DNA of 53,151 nt from an uncultured Dehalococcoidia bacterium (GCA_964572535.1 CAZNHI010000001.1:1-53151); one strand, 5' to 3'. Positions 28,811 to 38,352 are shown, counted from the stretch's first letter. The notes: generated by a model from the sequence alone, not told the origin. Numbers and translations are program-made.

Positions 28811-30013
28811 TTATGGTCTTGAGAAGACGATTTGATTTCGGGCGAGCATCTGTTCAAACCGCGAGACGTACCAGGCGGAGATTACCGAGACGCTGAATGG
28901 CAGGGTGGCCTGTTTCCCCTGGCTGCTGATCTCCGCTCGCAACTCCGCGCTCTCAAAGAGCTGACTCAAGCACTTCTCCCAATCCTCGATGTTGTCCGCG
29001 TAGAAAAGCCTCGCGGTCTTTCCCAGCTCAAGGTGAGCCGGCGACGGATCGCACACCACCGGAAGCCCAAACGCCAGGTAGTTCTGGATCTTCAGTGAGG
29101 GCTTCTGTAGCTGGAATTTGGCGTAGCGGCCATGCAGCGACTTGCATTCGATGGCAATGTCCGCCCCGAGCAGGAGTTGTTGCCACTCATCGTCGGTCAT
29201 TTCATCCCGCCAGACGCCAAAGGTTTGCAGGGTTGCTCCTCGCGCCTGGCAGAACCGCTCAATGGCGCTTTCGAATTCAATGTAGTCCGCCCTTGGCATG
29301 CCGAAGCGGGTGGCGTCGAAGTTCGGGTCATGGTGCGGCGGATTCTCCCAGATCACCGTCTTGACCTGGTCGCGAATCGGTATCTTGGCCTCCACTAGAG
29401 ACCGGTTGGCCATGCCTGCGTAGAAGACGGTTGCGCTGTCCCGGAGGCCCAGAAACATCTCGTGCTGGTACGGAGAGATTGTGAAGACGTAGTCTGCGAT
29501 AGACGCGGAGAAGTGGTCAATCTCCGAGCCTCCGATCGAGCCGGGACCGTCGGCCGGTGAGCTGACGAGCATGACGCCGTTCCGCTCGCACAGGGCCTTG
29601 AACGCTGGTGCCGCCCTTTCGAACCCACTGAACAGCGCTGATTTGACGATCACCACCACGTCCGTATCGGCTACCAACGAATGCCACGACTTTGTTCGGA
29701 ACTGTAGGAACGGCAGCCTCGAAGCGAAGAAGTCCATCGGCAGTAGGACCAGGTCCGCTGTCACCTTCGATTGCGGAATGGCGTTTATACCTCGCTGGAT
29801 CCGGATCCCTACCGTGGAAACGCTGTTGAAGTTCCCCAGCGCGCCGATGAATCGGACCCTGATCTTGAGAGAACGCCCATTCGTGCGTAACATTGCCGGC
29901 TCTGGGGATGAAGACTCATTCACGTCATTATCCGCCCTGTCCTCAAGCGATACCGGAAATCCTATGCAGGCGTCCACCTTATCGTCAACTTGGAGCGTCT
30001 TCTGCGTCATCAC
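28811..30013 (-). CDS. Uncharacterised GT-B-like transferase, paralog A
   Basis: Collinear and roughly 55-60% identical by eye to the product of 35592..36689 (RFIGALGNFNSV.., DVVVIVKSALF, VLVSSPADGPG, VIWENPPHHDP, IAIECKSLHGRY, KIQNYLAFGLPVVCD, LFESAELRAEIS). The C-terminal half resembles a GT-B/Glyco_trans_1_2 half-domain, but no canonical motif is present. Confidence 0.6.
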   Translation of the reverse strand: MMTQKTLQVDDKVDACIGFPVSLEDRADNDVNESSSPEPAMLRTNGRSLKIRVRFIGALGNFNSVSTVGIRIQRGINAIPQSKVTADLVLLPMDFFASRLPFLQFRTKSWHSLVADTDVVVIVKSALFSGFERAAPAFKALCERNGVMLVSSPADGPGSIGGSEIDHFSASIADYVFTISPYQHEMFLGLRDSATVFYAGMANRSLVEAKIPIRDQVKTVIWENPPHHDPNFDATRFGMPRADYIEFESAIERFCQARGATLQTFGVWRDEMTDDEWQQLLLGADIAIECKSLHGRYAKFQLQKPSLKIQNYLAFGLPVVCDPSPAHLELGKTARLFYADNIEDWEKCLSQLFESAELRAEISSQGKQATLPFSVSVISAWYVSRFEQMLARNQIVFSRP

Positions 30014-30052
30014 TACACGTTTCTTCTATGCCGACCGGAACCTGGCATCGTG

Positions 30053-31516
30053 CTAGTCAGCGTCATAGGTCACCAGCAGGGCAATGCTGCCATTGAAGCT
30101 AGGCGTCTCAAACGAGTTCGATGCGGAGCCCTTAGCCTGTGCGTGTGTCCAGACTCCAGCCTCTGGGTCGAACCACCGAGCTGTCTGCTTCCCCGCCGGT
30201 AAGTCGATGCTGACTTCGACTTGCCGGAGATTGCGGTCGGTCTTGTAGAGATAGACCGCGTACCATTTCGCAGGAGCAGCGAGAACATCGACATGAACGC
30301 CCTCGGGCGACACCTTCGCGAGGTTATCCTCCATCGACAGTTCGAAAGACAGGTCCAGCTCGTTGACGAACGTCCTCAGGTTCTCGACGTATCTGAAGTA
30401 TGTTTCCGGGCTGTCCTCGTCCGAGCCTCCACGCGCGCAGTTGCGATGGAAGCGGACAGCAGCCGCACCATTGATGAACTTCGACCATAACGTCGCTGCT
30501 GAACGGTAATATATCTTGCCGATCGTGATCGGCTTCTTAACCGTAGCCGCGGCTTGAGTGAGCACCTGATCCGTGCCTTCAACCTCGGCCCTCTCGTTGT
30601 CCTGGCCAAACTTGTCCTCCGAGGTTACGGAAGACGCATCCGCAAAATCGAAACTGCTGTTGGTGAGGATCGGAGCGAGGCCGGTTGACGGCTCAAAAGC
30701 ATGTGGCATCTCACCTACCATCACATTTATACCGCGGGCTGAGGCATACTCGCGTATGTAGTTAGCCCAATAGACACTCCAACTCAGCGGGGCGTTTGAC
30801 TCGTTGCTTATGTCGTAAATAATGTTGCCGTAAGGAAGGCTCTCGTCGAGCAGCTTATTCACGTACGTCTGTAGCAGGCCAAGTGCGACTTCCTTCTCGT
30901 CGGTCACGGCTTTGTATATCGCCACGTTCTCGCGAGATGTTGTCTTCGAAATCTCCTCCGGTCCGTAGTTCACGTTCTTGACCGGATTCCAGGGGTTGTT
31001 CGCCCAGCCAACTTCCATGTTCTGGAACGACCAATTGTCGAAAACCTCGAGCAGTATTACGACGCCGCGTTCTTCGGTCCACGCAAAGTACTGGTTCAGG
31101 CGAGTGACCCACGTCTCATCGAAGACTGACAGGTCGAAGCGGCCGTCGGGGGTCTTTGCCCATGGCATGATTGGGTGCTGAGGGAAGTACGGCAGGACCC
31201 TGGCAAAGTTGCCGCCATGCGCCAGCATCTTCTCCAGGTCCGGTTGCCAATCGAATCCACTGGAAATTGGCGTCCATCCGTTCTGCCCGTCACAGGTCTC
31301 CGGACCCGACTCCGTTACGCCCAGGGGGTAGATCAGGCTTTCACGCCACTCCAGGTAGCGCGGGTTTGCAGTGCTGATGTGCACCCGCTCAGCCACTTGT
31401 GGGCCGCGCGAGCCTTCGCCACCCCCACCACCGCACGCCGCTGAACCCAGAATCACTGCTGCAATCAGAAGTGACCCCCAAGAAGGCAGTTTAGGACGAG
31501 CGCTGAACTTCAACAT
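30053..31516 (-). CDS. Lipoprotein, clan GH-A (GH5-like) TIM-barrel glycoside hydrolase candidate
   Basis: Signal peptide with ILGSAAC|GGGGG lipobox-like site. NFARVLPY, VVILLEVFDNW and IIYDISNESNAP (Asn-Glu acid/base motif). Confidence 0.55.
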   Translation of the reverse strand: MLKFSARPKLPSWGSLLIAAVILGSAACGGGGGEGSRGPQVAERVHISTANPRYLEWRESLIYPLGVTESGPETCDGQNGWTPISSGFDWQPDLEKMLAHGGNFARVLPYFPQHPIMPWAKTPDGRFDLSVFDETWVTRLNQYFAWTEERGVVILLEVFDNWSFQNMEVGWANNPWNPVKNVNYGPEEISKTTSRENVAIYKAVTDEKEVALGLLQTYVNKLLDESLPYGNIIYDISNESNAPLSWSVYWANYIREYASARGINVMVGEMPHAFEPSTGLAPILTNSSFDFADASSVTSEDKFGQDNERAEVEGTDQVLTQAAATVKKPITIGKIYYRSAATLWSKFINGAAAVRFHRNCARGGSDEDSPETYFRYVENLRTFVNELDLSFELSMEDNLAKVSPEGVHVDVLAAPAKWYAVYLYKTDRNLRQVEVSIDLPAGKQTARWFDPEAGVWTHAQAKGSASNSFETPSFNGSIALLVTYDAD

Positions 31517-31644
31517 TAGTCCCCTCGGTAGAAAGGCAGAACCCTCTGCCGGTGGCGTCCGCAGCGCAGCTTCCTTTGCACGCGACGGATGTAGGATGAA
31601 AGAGGCAACTCCACGCCGTCACGCCTCCGCCCCTCGTGCCACTT

Positions 31645-33756
31645 TCATCTGACTTCAATTTCCCGGCCTTCTTCATCCAGACGCCGGAGCGCCACGCGGG
31701 ATAGCGTTGCGTTGGGATAGACCGTAATTTGATCCGTGCCGTGTGCGGTTTTGACGGTCGCAACCAGCGCACCGGGCTGGCTTTCGAATCTCAAATCGAC
31801 CTCGCTCAGGCGTCTTGGGTCACTCGTGGGCCATAGAAGGGTGGCAACGGTTACGCCGGCGTCTGCGCACGTTTCGTACACGACTTCGTTCGAAGGCGTA
31901 ATCGACCCGTATCGCGGCGAATACCATGCCTGGGCCGGGTTCTCGCTGGCAGACCGGACTGCAAGCTGTAGTCTCTCTGGCTCAGCAGGCACTATCGCCA
32001 GGCAACCCTCTTCACACTGTAGCAGAGCTCGCTTTCCCGGCGCCTTACTCACACCCACGTCAGGCGCGACATGGAACAGCAACTGGTAGGAGTGAGGCGA
32101 GGATGCCTCAAGCTGATCTAGTAGCAACCAGTAGTCCGGCTTGACGAAGATCACATGACGCCTATGGATTACGTCTTTGATCTGTGATTCCTCTCCTGGC
32201 TGGTTTACTCGCAGGAAACCGTAGCCGCCGGCATACTCGCCGACAACATAATCAAGCCTCGCGCCAGTCTCCCAACCTGCAGCGCTCTTGGTCCCGCGCT
32301 TGGGAGAGAGACTACCCCGCTGCCAGCGCCGCAACTGGCTCATCCCGTCAACCAGGACAGTGTTGTGGCCCTGCGAGCCCACGAAGTAGTTTCGGCGCGG
32401 ATCGTTCCTGTTGTACGTATAAGAACCGGAGTCGACGAGGAAGGGCTTGCCGAAGGCTGCAACCTCGATGCTGAGCATGTCCTCGTGGCCGTGCGGACCA
32501 CCGTACGGGCCGGCATCCAGCAGGAGGTAGTGCTCTTGGCAAGACCAGCCGCTTCGCATCACGAACCAGCCCGCGTCGGCGAATGCGGTGGAAGTAGTCG
32601 CCGGCGCTTCCCCCTTCTCTCCCTGAGTGGCAACCCATGTGAGGTCTCTGCGCCCGTAGCGCTCGCCCGCGCGAAGCAATCTACCCAGCTGCGTTGCCCG
32701 GTCTTCCATGTCGCCGTCGTTCAATGACGGCGTTGTCCCGTCCGGCCTCATGACGTAAGCAAGGACGCCATACATCGCCTCCAGCACCCTGAGCAGATCA
32801 TTGTGTAGAAGCGGGTCGCCACGTTTGGCGAGCCCTAGCGCATGCTCAAGCTCGTCCACCACCATCCACAGGTAGCCCGTGGAGACTTCGATGTGCGACC
32901 CGTCGTCGTTGACCTGGACTGCTAGTTCGCGCGCCAGGCGTGAGAACGCGGTCTTGCGCCATCGGGCAGCCTCCACGAACTCCGGCAGGAACGTACCCGC
33001 GTAGGCCAGACCGTTGGCTTCCCTGAGCAGGTGGTTGTAGCTTCGGTGCGCCAGATGAGACTCAAACAAGGCGATGAAGGATGCGTGATCGTAAATCGAA
33101 CGTAGCATCAGCAGCTGGTCCCTGCTCCAGCTTCGCGAGGCGCGACACAAGATGCCGAACGTGGGCAGCCAGCTCTCACGGAGGCGTAGTCCAACCTCCA
33201 TCAGGCGCCAGGCCGGACTCTGCTCGTCGATCTTCGATGGTGGTGGATACAGCGCAACCCAGGAGCGGAGTTCCGTCAGGATCCGGGCTGCATACTTCTC
33301 ATCTGAGGTTTCGCGGTACGCAGCCGCCAGCATCACCCACCACTGGTGGCGATGCAACGCCCAGAGCCATTCGCGGTCATCGGTAGGGTTCGTGGACCAG
33401 TCGATCGCTCCGTCCGTCGTGAAGAGCGGGTTGTGGTTCAGGATCGTAAAGCGGCCTTCAAGGATGGCATCGGCGCGCCGTAAGAGCTCTTCCCTCGTGG
33501 CATCTCTCAGGTCGAAGTCCAGGTCCCTCAGAGGCTGCGCCAAGTCCGGCCACGAGTCACCAGGACGCTCGCCGAAGTGGCGAATGATGGCTGCTGTATC
33601 GCCGGCCGTATCCGGAGGTATTGCGGTCTTTTCGATCAGCCGGCAGAACTCCGCATCCGGCAAGACGAGCACTGACTTCATCGTCGGAGTCATCAGCGAC
33701 GAGACGTGACGTCGAAGTTTGTGGCCGAAGGAACGGATTCCCTGAATCATAGCCAT
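31645..33756 (-). CDS. Heparinase II/III-like (alginate-lyase-fold) protein
   Basis: DWSTNPTDDREWLWALHRHQWW, SYNHLLREANGLAYAG, GGPHGHEDMLSIEVAAFGKPFLVDSGSYTY. It starts 8 nt after the wzx stop. Confidence 0.8.
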   Translation of the reverse strand: MAMIQGIRSFGHKLRRHVSSLMTPTMKSVLVLPDAEFCRLIEKTAIPPDTAGDTAAIIRHFGERPGDSWPDLAQPLRDLDFDLRDATREELLRRADAILEGRFTILNHNPLFTTDGAIDWSTNPTDDREWLWALHRHQWWVMLAAAYRETSDEKYAARILTELRSWVALYPPPSKIDEQSPAWRLMEVGLRLRESWLPTFGILCRASRSWSRDQLLMLRSIYDHASFIALFESHLAHRSYNHLLREANGLAYAGTFLPEFVEAARWRKTAFSRLARELAVQVNDDGSHIEVSTGYLWMVVDELEHALGLAKRGDPLLHNDLLRVLEAMYGVLAYVMRPDGTTPSLNDGDMEDRATQLGRLLRAGERYGRRDLTWVATQGEKGEAPATTSTAFADAGWFVMRSGWSCQEHYLLLDAGPYGGPHGHEDMLSIEVAAFGKPFLVDSGSYTYNRNDPRRNYFVGSQGHNTVLVDGMSQLRRWQRGSLSPKRGTKSAAGWETGARLDYVVGEYAGGYGFLRVNQPGEESQIKDVIHRRHVIFVKPDYWLLLDQLEASSPHSYQLLFHVAPDVGVSKAPGKRALLQCEEGCLAIVPAEPERLQLAVRSASENPAQAWYSPRYGSITPSNEVVYETCADAGVTVATLLWPTSDPRRLSEVDLRFESQPGALVATVKTAHGTDQITVYPNATLSRVALRRLDEEGREIEVR

Positions 33757-33763
33757 GGCGGAA

Positions 33764-35290
33764 CTACGGCTTGTCTCCTGGGATCACGCCTTCACTGCTC
33801 CCAGATAGACGTTCGGCCCGCCGCTTAGAAAGACTCTGTACGAAGGGCCTGGCGAAGGCTCTTGCCGCAAGGAGCTGACGTAGCGGAACCGACATCACCA
33901 GGAAGCCAGCCACATAGGTGAAGCCCACGAGAGCCACTTCTGCAACCAGCACTGGCCAGCTGTCAGGGTATGCCAACGCCCGGAGCGCGTGGCCCTCCAG
34001 TCCTGCCAGTACCGCTACCAGCAGAAACGGCAGGATCCCTGCGCGCAGGAGCCGGAGCGGCGAGAGCTGTGCCAGTCGACAGCCCAGGCCCAGGCTGATC
34101 ACGCCTTCCAATGAGAAGGGGATCAGTGTCCCCAGGGCAACACCCAATAACTCCAGCTCCTGGACCAGGATGACGGTGAGAGTGAGGTTTGAAACCATAA
34201 CGCCAACGCTGAGGGCCGCGTATGCCCGATGCAGCTCGCTTGCCAGCAGCAGCCGCGCCGAGAAGTCTTGGGTCAGGATGATCACGGATGCCACGGAAAG
34301 GATCACCAGCGGTACGTAAGCGTCCCTGACTTCGGGCCCGATCCAGAGGTCCAGGAAGCTGTCACCGAAGAGGATGAACATCAGCGCGAATGCGGTCATC
34401 AGACCACCGCTGATCCGCGTAACGTCTATCAATACAGATGAAACCTCTCCACGGTCCTGCGGTTCGCTAGCCAATCTCGACGCCATGGGTACCAGGACTT
34501 CGTTTACTTGAATCGAAAGAGCCCTGCCTAGCTGGATCAACCGCAAACCCACGCCATAGACTCCAACGGCGCTCAGAGGCAGGAAGGCTCCGATGATCAG
34601 AAGGTCAGCGCGGTTGTTGATGACTGAATTGGCTGACCCGACAAAGAACGAAAGGTTGCGCTTGCTGGTCTCTCGCAGACGGATCAGGTGAAACGAACGG
34701 CGCGAGATTCGGAACGCCGGGATGGCAGCAGCGGTATATGCAACTCTCGCGACGGTCTTCGCCAGTTCGGTACAGAACATGATAATGGCGAGCGCTTCCA
34801 GGCCGGCTCCCAGTATCAAGGCCGTGCCGCTGAGAGTCCCCTCTACCAACCGAACCAATGTATCGATGCCGTTAGCCGCGTCGTAGCGTTCATAGCCAAG
34901 AAGCACCCCCAACGCGACATTTGAAGGGAATTGAATCGCCCAGGCTCCACCCACAAGCAGCAGGAGGAACTGCGCCGTACCTTCCTTTCCATCGGGAACC
35001 GTAAAGAGATCCGACATCACAAGCGCGAGCGCTACCGTCGCCAGCATGATCACTGACCCGAGAGCCGTGAAGGCGATCGTGAAGCTACCAAGGCTCTCGC
35101 GGATCTGGTCTTCCTCGCCGCGAGCCCGGCGCACAGCCGTCTCATGGATAAGAGTCCGCTTCAACCCAAGGTCGAACAGCGAGAAGTAACCGGCCACCGC
35201 GGCAACCAGGAGCCACAAGCCGTAATCTTCCGTGCCCAGGTAGGAAATAATGATCGGCGTAAGGACGAAGCCGAGCCCAAGGCTGGTCAA
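33764..35290 (-). CDS. wzx: Wzx-type oligosaccharide flippase (MOP superfamily)
   Basis: About 12-14 TM segments with a typical PS-biosynthesis-protein layout (..YLGTEDYGLW..). The conserved N-terminus continues upstream of the TTG at 35290, to about 35338, with no canonical start codon there. Confidence 0.8.
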   Translation of the reverse strand: MTSLGLGFVLTPIIISYLGTEDYGLWLLVAAVAGYFSLFDLGLKRTLIHETAVRRARGEEDQIRESLGSFTIAFTALGSVIMLATVALALVMSDLFTVPDGKEGTAQFLLLLVGGAWAIQFPSNVALGVLLGYERYDAANGIDTLVRLVEGTLSGTALILGAGLEALAIIMFCTELAKTVARVAYTAAAIPAFRISRRSFHLIRLRETSKRNLSFFVGSANSVINNRADLLIIGAFLPLSAVGVYGVGLRLIQLGRALSIQVNEVLVPMASRLASEPQDRGEVSSVLIDVTRISGGLMTAFALMFILFGDSFLDLWIGPEVRDAYVPLVILSVASVIILTQDFSARLLLASELHRAYAALSVGVMVSNLTLTVILVQELELLGVALGTLIPFSLEGVISLGLGCRLAQLSPLRLLRAGILPFLLVAVLAGLEGHALRALAYPDSWPVLVAEVALVGFTYVAGFLVMSVPLRQLLAARAFARPFVQSLSKRRAERLSGSSEGVIPGDKP

Positions 35291-35591
35291 AACCTTCAGG
35301 TAGCCGCTTCCGGCGTTTCTTAGGACTACAGACCAGATCGTGAGTGCGCCTCCTCGCCCCGGGTAATTAGTGCACCACGTTGAGTTGATCGACGCAAGGC
35401 GGGAAACCGGAGCCCCGCGCGCGCTCGGCGTGACGCCCTGGGAACCTTTGGTGATCCTGTTTGGCTTAGAATCGCCCCCGCTTACAGTCGGCTCTCCTGC
35501 TTGGAACGATAGCGTTCACCGCTCTTTCGGAGCATGGCATTGTCGTGCCACTTCCATATATAACGCGAGTAAGCGAGTGCTGTTATTGCCC

Positions 35592-36689
35592 TTAGCGGCG
35601 CGCTCGCACTGGAGTGAGCATTTTTTCAAAGCACGATACGTAGAGCTTCGCTACGGCAGGGATGCTTGAAGCTGAGGCGGCTCGCCTGCCTGCTGCGCTC
35701 ATCTCTGCCCGCAACTCGGCGCTCTCGAACAGGAGCGTCAGGCTGCGTTTCCACTCGTCGACGGAATCTGCAAGCAGGAGCTTCGTTTCCTTGGCCAGTT
35801 CCACGTAGGCCGGGAGAGAATCACATACAACCGGTAGGCCGAGCGAAAGGTAGTTCTGCACCTTGATCGCCGGTTTTTGCAGCTGATAGGGGGAGTAGCG
35901 CTTACCCAGCGACTTGCACTCGATGGCAATGTCGGCTCCCAGAAGAGCATCTTGCCACTCAGCGTCCGACTGCTGGTCACGCCAGACTCCCAGGGTCACG
36001 AGGGATGCGCCGCGGTCTTCGCAGAACTTCCTAATTGCTGTCTCAAACTCAATGAATTCGGTCCGTGGAATCCCGACGCGAGCGGGGACAAATTTTGGGT
36101 CCTGGTGGGGTGGGTTCTCCCAGATTACCTTCCGGACCTCGGGCCGGATTTCAACTGTCCCGTCGTGGGGGCGTAATGCTTCGCCGACGTACATGACCGT
36201 CGAGGGATCCCGCATGTCGGCGAACAATTCCTTTTGGAACCTGGAGATGCAGACAACGTAGTCGGCGATGCGCTCGGAAAGGAGATCGGTTGTCTCACGG
36301 CGTCCATCCGCTCCCGGCCCGTCGCCAGGCGAGCTCACAAGGACGACGTTGTTGCGCTCGCACATGGCCTTGAATCGCGAGGCAACTTTGTCGAACCCTC
36401 TAAAGAGAGCACACTTTACGATGACGACGATGTCGACATCTCGGATTAGTGCCAGCCATGTCTCGTCGAACCTGAAATGCCATTTGGGAATCCTCGACCA
36501 GAAGAAGTCTCCGGGAAGCAAAACGATGTCCGATGTCACGCCTGGCTCACCGAGTCCGCTGATGCCTTCGTGGATTCGATGTCCCTGAGTAGTCACCGTG
36601 TTGTAGTTGCCCGAGGCGCCGATGAACCGGATCCTTAGCTGGCCGGTCCTTCCCTGCGGTTCGGTCGGGCTTGAGGCCTGTGGCATCAT
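35592..36689 (-). CDS. Uncharacterised GT-B-like transferase, paralog B
   Basis: See 28811..30013. RFIGASGNYNTV.., DIVVIVKCALF, VLVSSPGDGPG, VIWENPPHQDP, IAIECKSLGKRY, KVQNYLSLGLPVVCD, LFESAELRAEMS. Confidence 0.6.
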   Translation of the reverse strand: MMPQASSPTEPQGRTGQLRIRFIGASGNYNTVTTQGHRIHEGISGLGEPGVTSDIVLLPGDFFWSRIPKWHFRFDETWLALIRDVDIVVIVKCALFRGFDKVASRFKAMCERNNVVLVSSPGDGPGADGRRETTDLLSERIADYVVCISRFQKELFADMRDPSTVMYVGEALRPHDGTVEIRPEVRKVIWENPPHQDPKFVPARVGIPRTEFIEFETAIRKFCEDRGASLVTLGVWRDQQSDAEWQDALLGADIAIECKSLGKRYSPYQLQKPAIKVQNYLSLGLPVVCDSLPAYVELAKETKLLLADSVDEWKRSLTLLFESAELRAEMSAAGRRAASASSIPAVAKLYVSCFEKMLTPVRARR

Positions 36690-36744
36690 CGAGCGCTAAC
36701 CCTCGAGGGTGGCCGTCTTACTAGCCGCGTCTCAAACGCCGCCA

Positions 36745-38352
36745 TTAGTTGTACGTTCGCAATACCGGCTTCACGGGGCGGCCCCGGAGATATTTCTCCA
36801 CACCGTCCTCAAGCGCTCTCTTGTAGACGACTAGCGCCTCGCCGACGCGTTCGATCGTTGCGTCGATGTCCGCGTCCGTGTGCGAGTAGCTGACGACAAA
36901 TGAGGGCGCCAGGATGCCGCGGTTGAGGATTTCCTGGATGAAGAGCGTCCGGAAAGGCTGGGAAGGCTTCTTGTCCTGGTCGCGGGTGAAGTAGACCAAG
37001 TTAGATGGCCTCCCCAAAACACCGAAATGGCCATCGAGGCCCAGCTCATCTACAAGACTTTCGACGCCTGCGGCCAGGCGCTCGCCCTGGTGGTACAGGT
37101 GCTCGATGACGTTCTCCTCCTGGTATATCCGCATGACCTCAATCCCGGCCGCCAGCGAAGTCTGCTCTGCACCGTGAGTTGTTGAGAGGAGGAAAACTCG
37201 CTCTTTGTCATGGTGAAGGCCACCGAGCTCCATGATTTCCCGCTTGCCGAAGAGGGCTGAGAGAGCGAAGCCGTTGCTCATTGCCTTGCCGAAAGTTGAG
37301 AGGTCCGGTGTTACGCCGTAGAGCTTCTGTGCCCCACGAGCATGCCAGCGAAAGCCGGTGATCATCTCGTCGAACACGAGCAAGGCGCCGTTCTCGTCGC
37401 ACAGGCGCCGCAATCCCGGCAGGAACCCGTCCGCGGGAGACACGCTGGTCTCCGCCTCCAGGACCAGGCAAGCGATTTCCCCCGGATGAGTCGCGAACAT
37501 GTCGCGTACGCTCTCGAGGTCGTTGTAGTGGAAGGAGACAGTGAGGTCGCTGATTGCCTTTGGAATGCCGGCTTTCATGGCAGTGTGGCTGACGAACCAA
37601 TCGTCCGTGGAGAAGAATCCTTGGTCCGCGCACACCGCTACCAGGTTGCGCCCGGTATAGGCGCGCGCCAGCTTCACCGCGGCTGTGGTCGTGTCGGAGC
37701 CATTCTTGGCGAACTTGACCATGTCTGCCGTATCGATCAGCTCAAGAGCCTTCTCGGCAGCGCTCAACTCCAGCACGCCGGGTCGGGTGAAGTTGGTGCC
37801 CAGCTGCATTTGCCGGTAAGCGGCTTCGACAACGGGAGCGTAGGCGTGGCCGAGTGCTACGGCCCTCAGCCCCATACCGTACTCAATGAACTCGTTGCCG
37901 TCCGCGTCCCAAACGTGGCACCCCTGCCCGTGAGTGATGTAGACAGGGGACTCTGCGGGGTATTGGTCGTCGCCTTTCGCGTAGGTGTGGCTGCCCGCCG
38001 GGATCAGCTGGTGAAACCGCTTTTGCAATGCGCGTGAACGAGTGAACGAGAGCCTTTGTACGGCGACCGCTCGGTGGCCTCCGGCTGCGTCGTAAGCCGT
38101 CTGCGCTATGTCTCCGCCGGCCTGTGCGGGCTTGGTTGCCTTGGGAGCAGACCCAGCAACGATCTCCCGCGAGGCAGCGGACTGTTTACTCGGTTTCAGT
38201 TTCAGGCCTCCTTGCCGAACGGCCGATTCTTCCGGCCGGATTCTCAGATCACAGCCCGTTCTTGGGAGAAAGCTAACGCCACATCGAGCAAGAGACTGCA
38301 ACGTCCTCCGGGCATAATGGTTTAAGAAAAAGCAGTCACTACCAACGCCCAA
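36745..38352 (-). CDS. Class III PLP aminotransferase (glutamate-1-semialdehyde-aminomutase-like)
   Basis: IPAGSHTYAKG, GQGCHVWDADGNEFIEYGMGLRAVALGHA, LVFDEMITGFRW, DLSTFGKAMSNGF (Schiff-base Lys). Coordinates are the maximal ORF. Plausible starts are TTG 38301 (GGAGG 3 nt upstream) or in-frame CTG 38199 (AAGGAGG 7 nt upstream). There is no ATG before the conserved core. Confidence 0.85.
   Translation of the reverse strand: MGVGSDCFFLNHYARRTLQSLARCGVSFLPRTGCDLRIRPEESAVRQGGLKLKPSKQSAASREIVAGSAPKATKPAQAGGDIAQTAYDAAGGHRAVAVQRLSFTRSRALQKRFHQLIPAGSHTYAKGDDQYPAESPVYITHGQGCHVWDADGNEFIEYGMGLRAVALGHAYAPVVEAAYRQMQLGTNFTRPGVLELSAAEKALELIDTADMVKFAKNGSDTTTAAVKLARAYTGRNLVAVCADQGFFSTDDWFVSHTAMKAGIPKAISDLTVSFHYNDLESVRDMFATHPGEIACLVLEAETSVSPADGFLPGLRRLCDENGALLVFDEMITGFRWHARGAQKLYGVTPDLSTFGKAMSNGFALSALFGKREIMELGGLHHDKERVFLLSTTHGAEQTSLAAGIEVMRIYQEENVIEHLYHQGERLAAGVESLVDELGLDGHFGVLGRPSNLVYFTRDQDKKPSQPFRTLFIQEILNRGILAPSFVVSYSHTDADIDATIERVGEALVVYKRALEDGVEKYLRGRPVKPVLRTYN

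Noticed and set aside
35535-35550. TGGCATTGTCGTGCCA upstream of wzx, resembling a sigma-54 -24/-12 element (TGGCACG-N4-TTGC) on the minus strand
   Set aside because: The GC of the -12 element is displaced by one nucleotide relative to the GG, and sigma-54 promoters are spacing-sensitive. The sequence is simply a 5-bp palindrome, and no enhancer-binding protein is encoded in the window.
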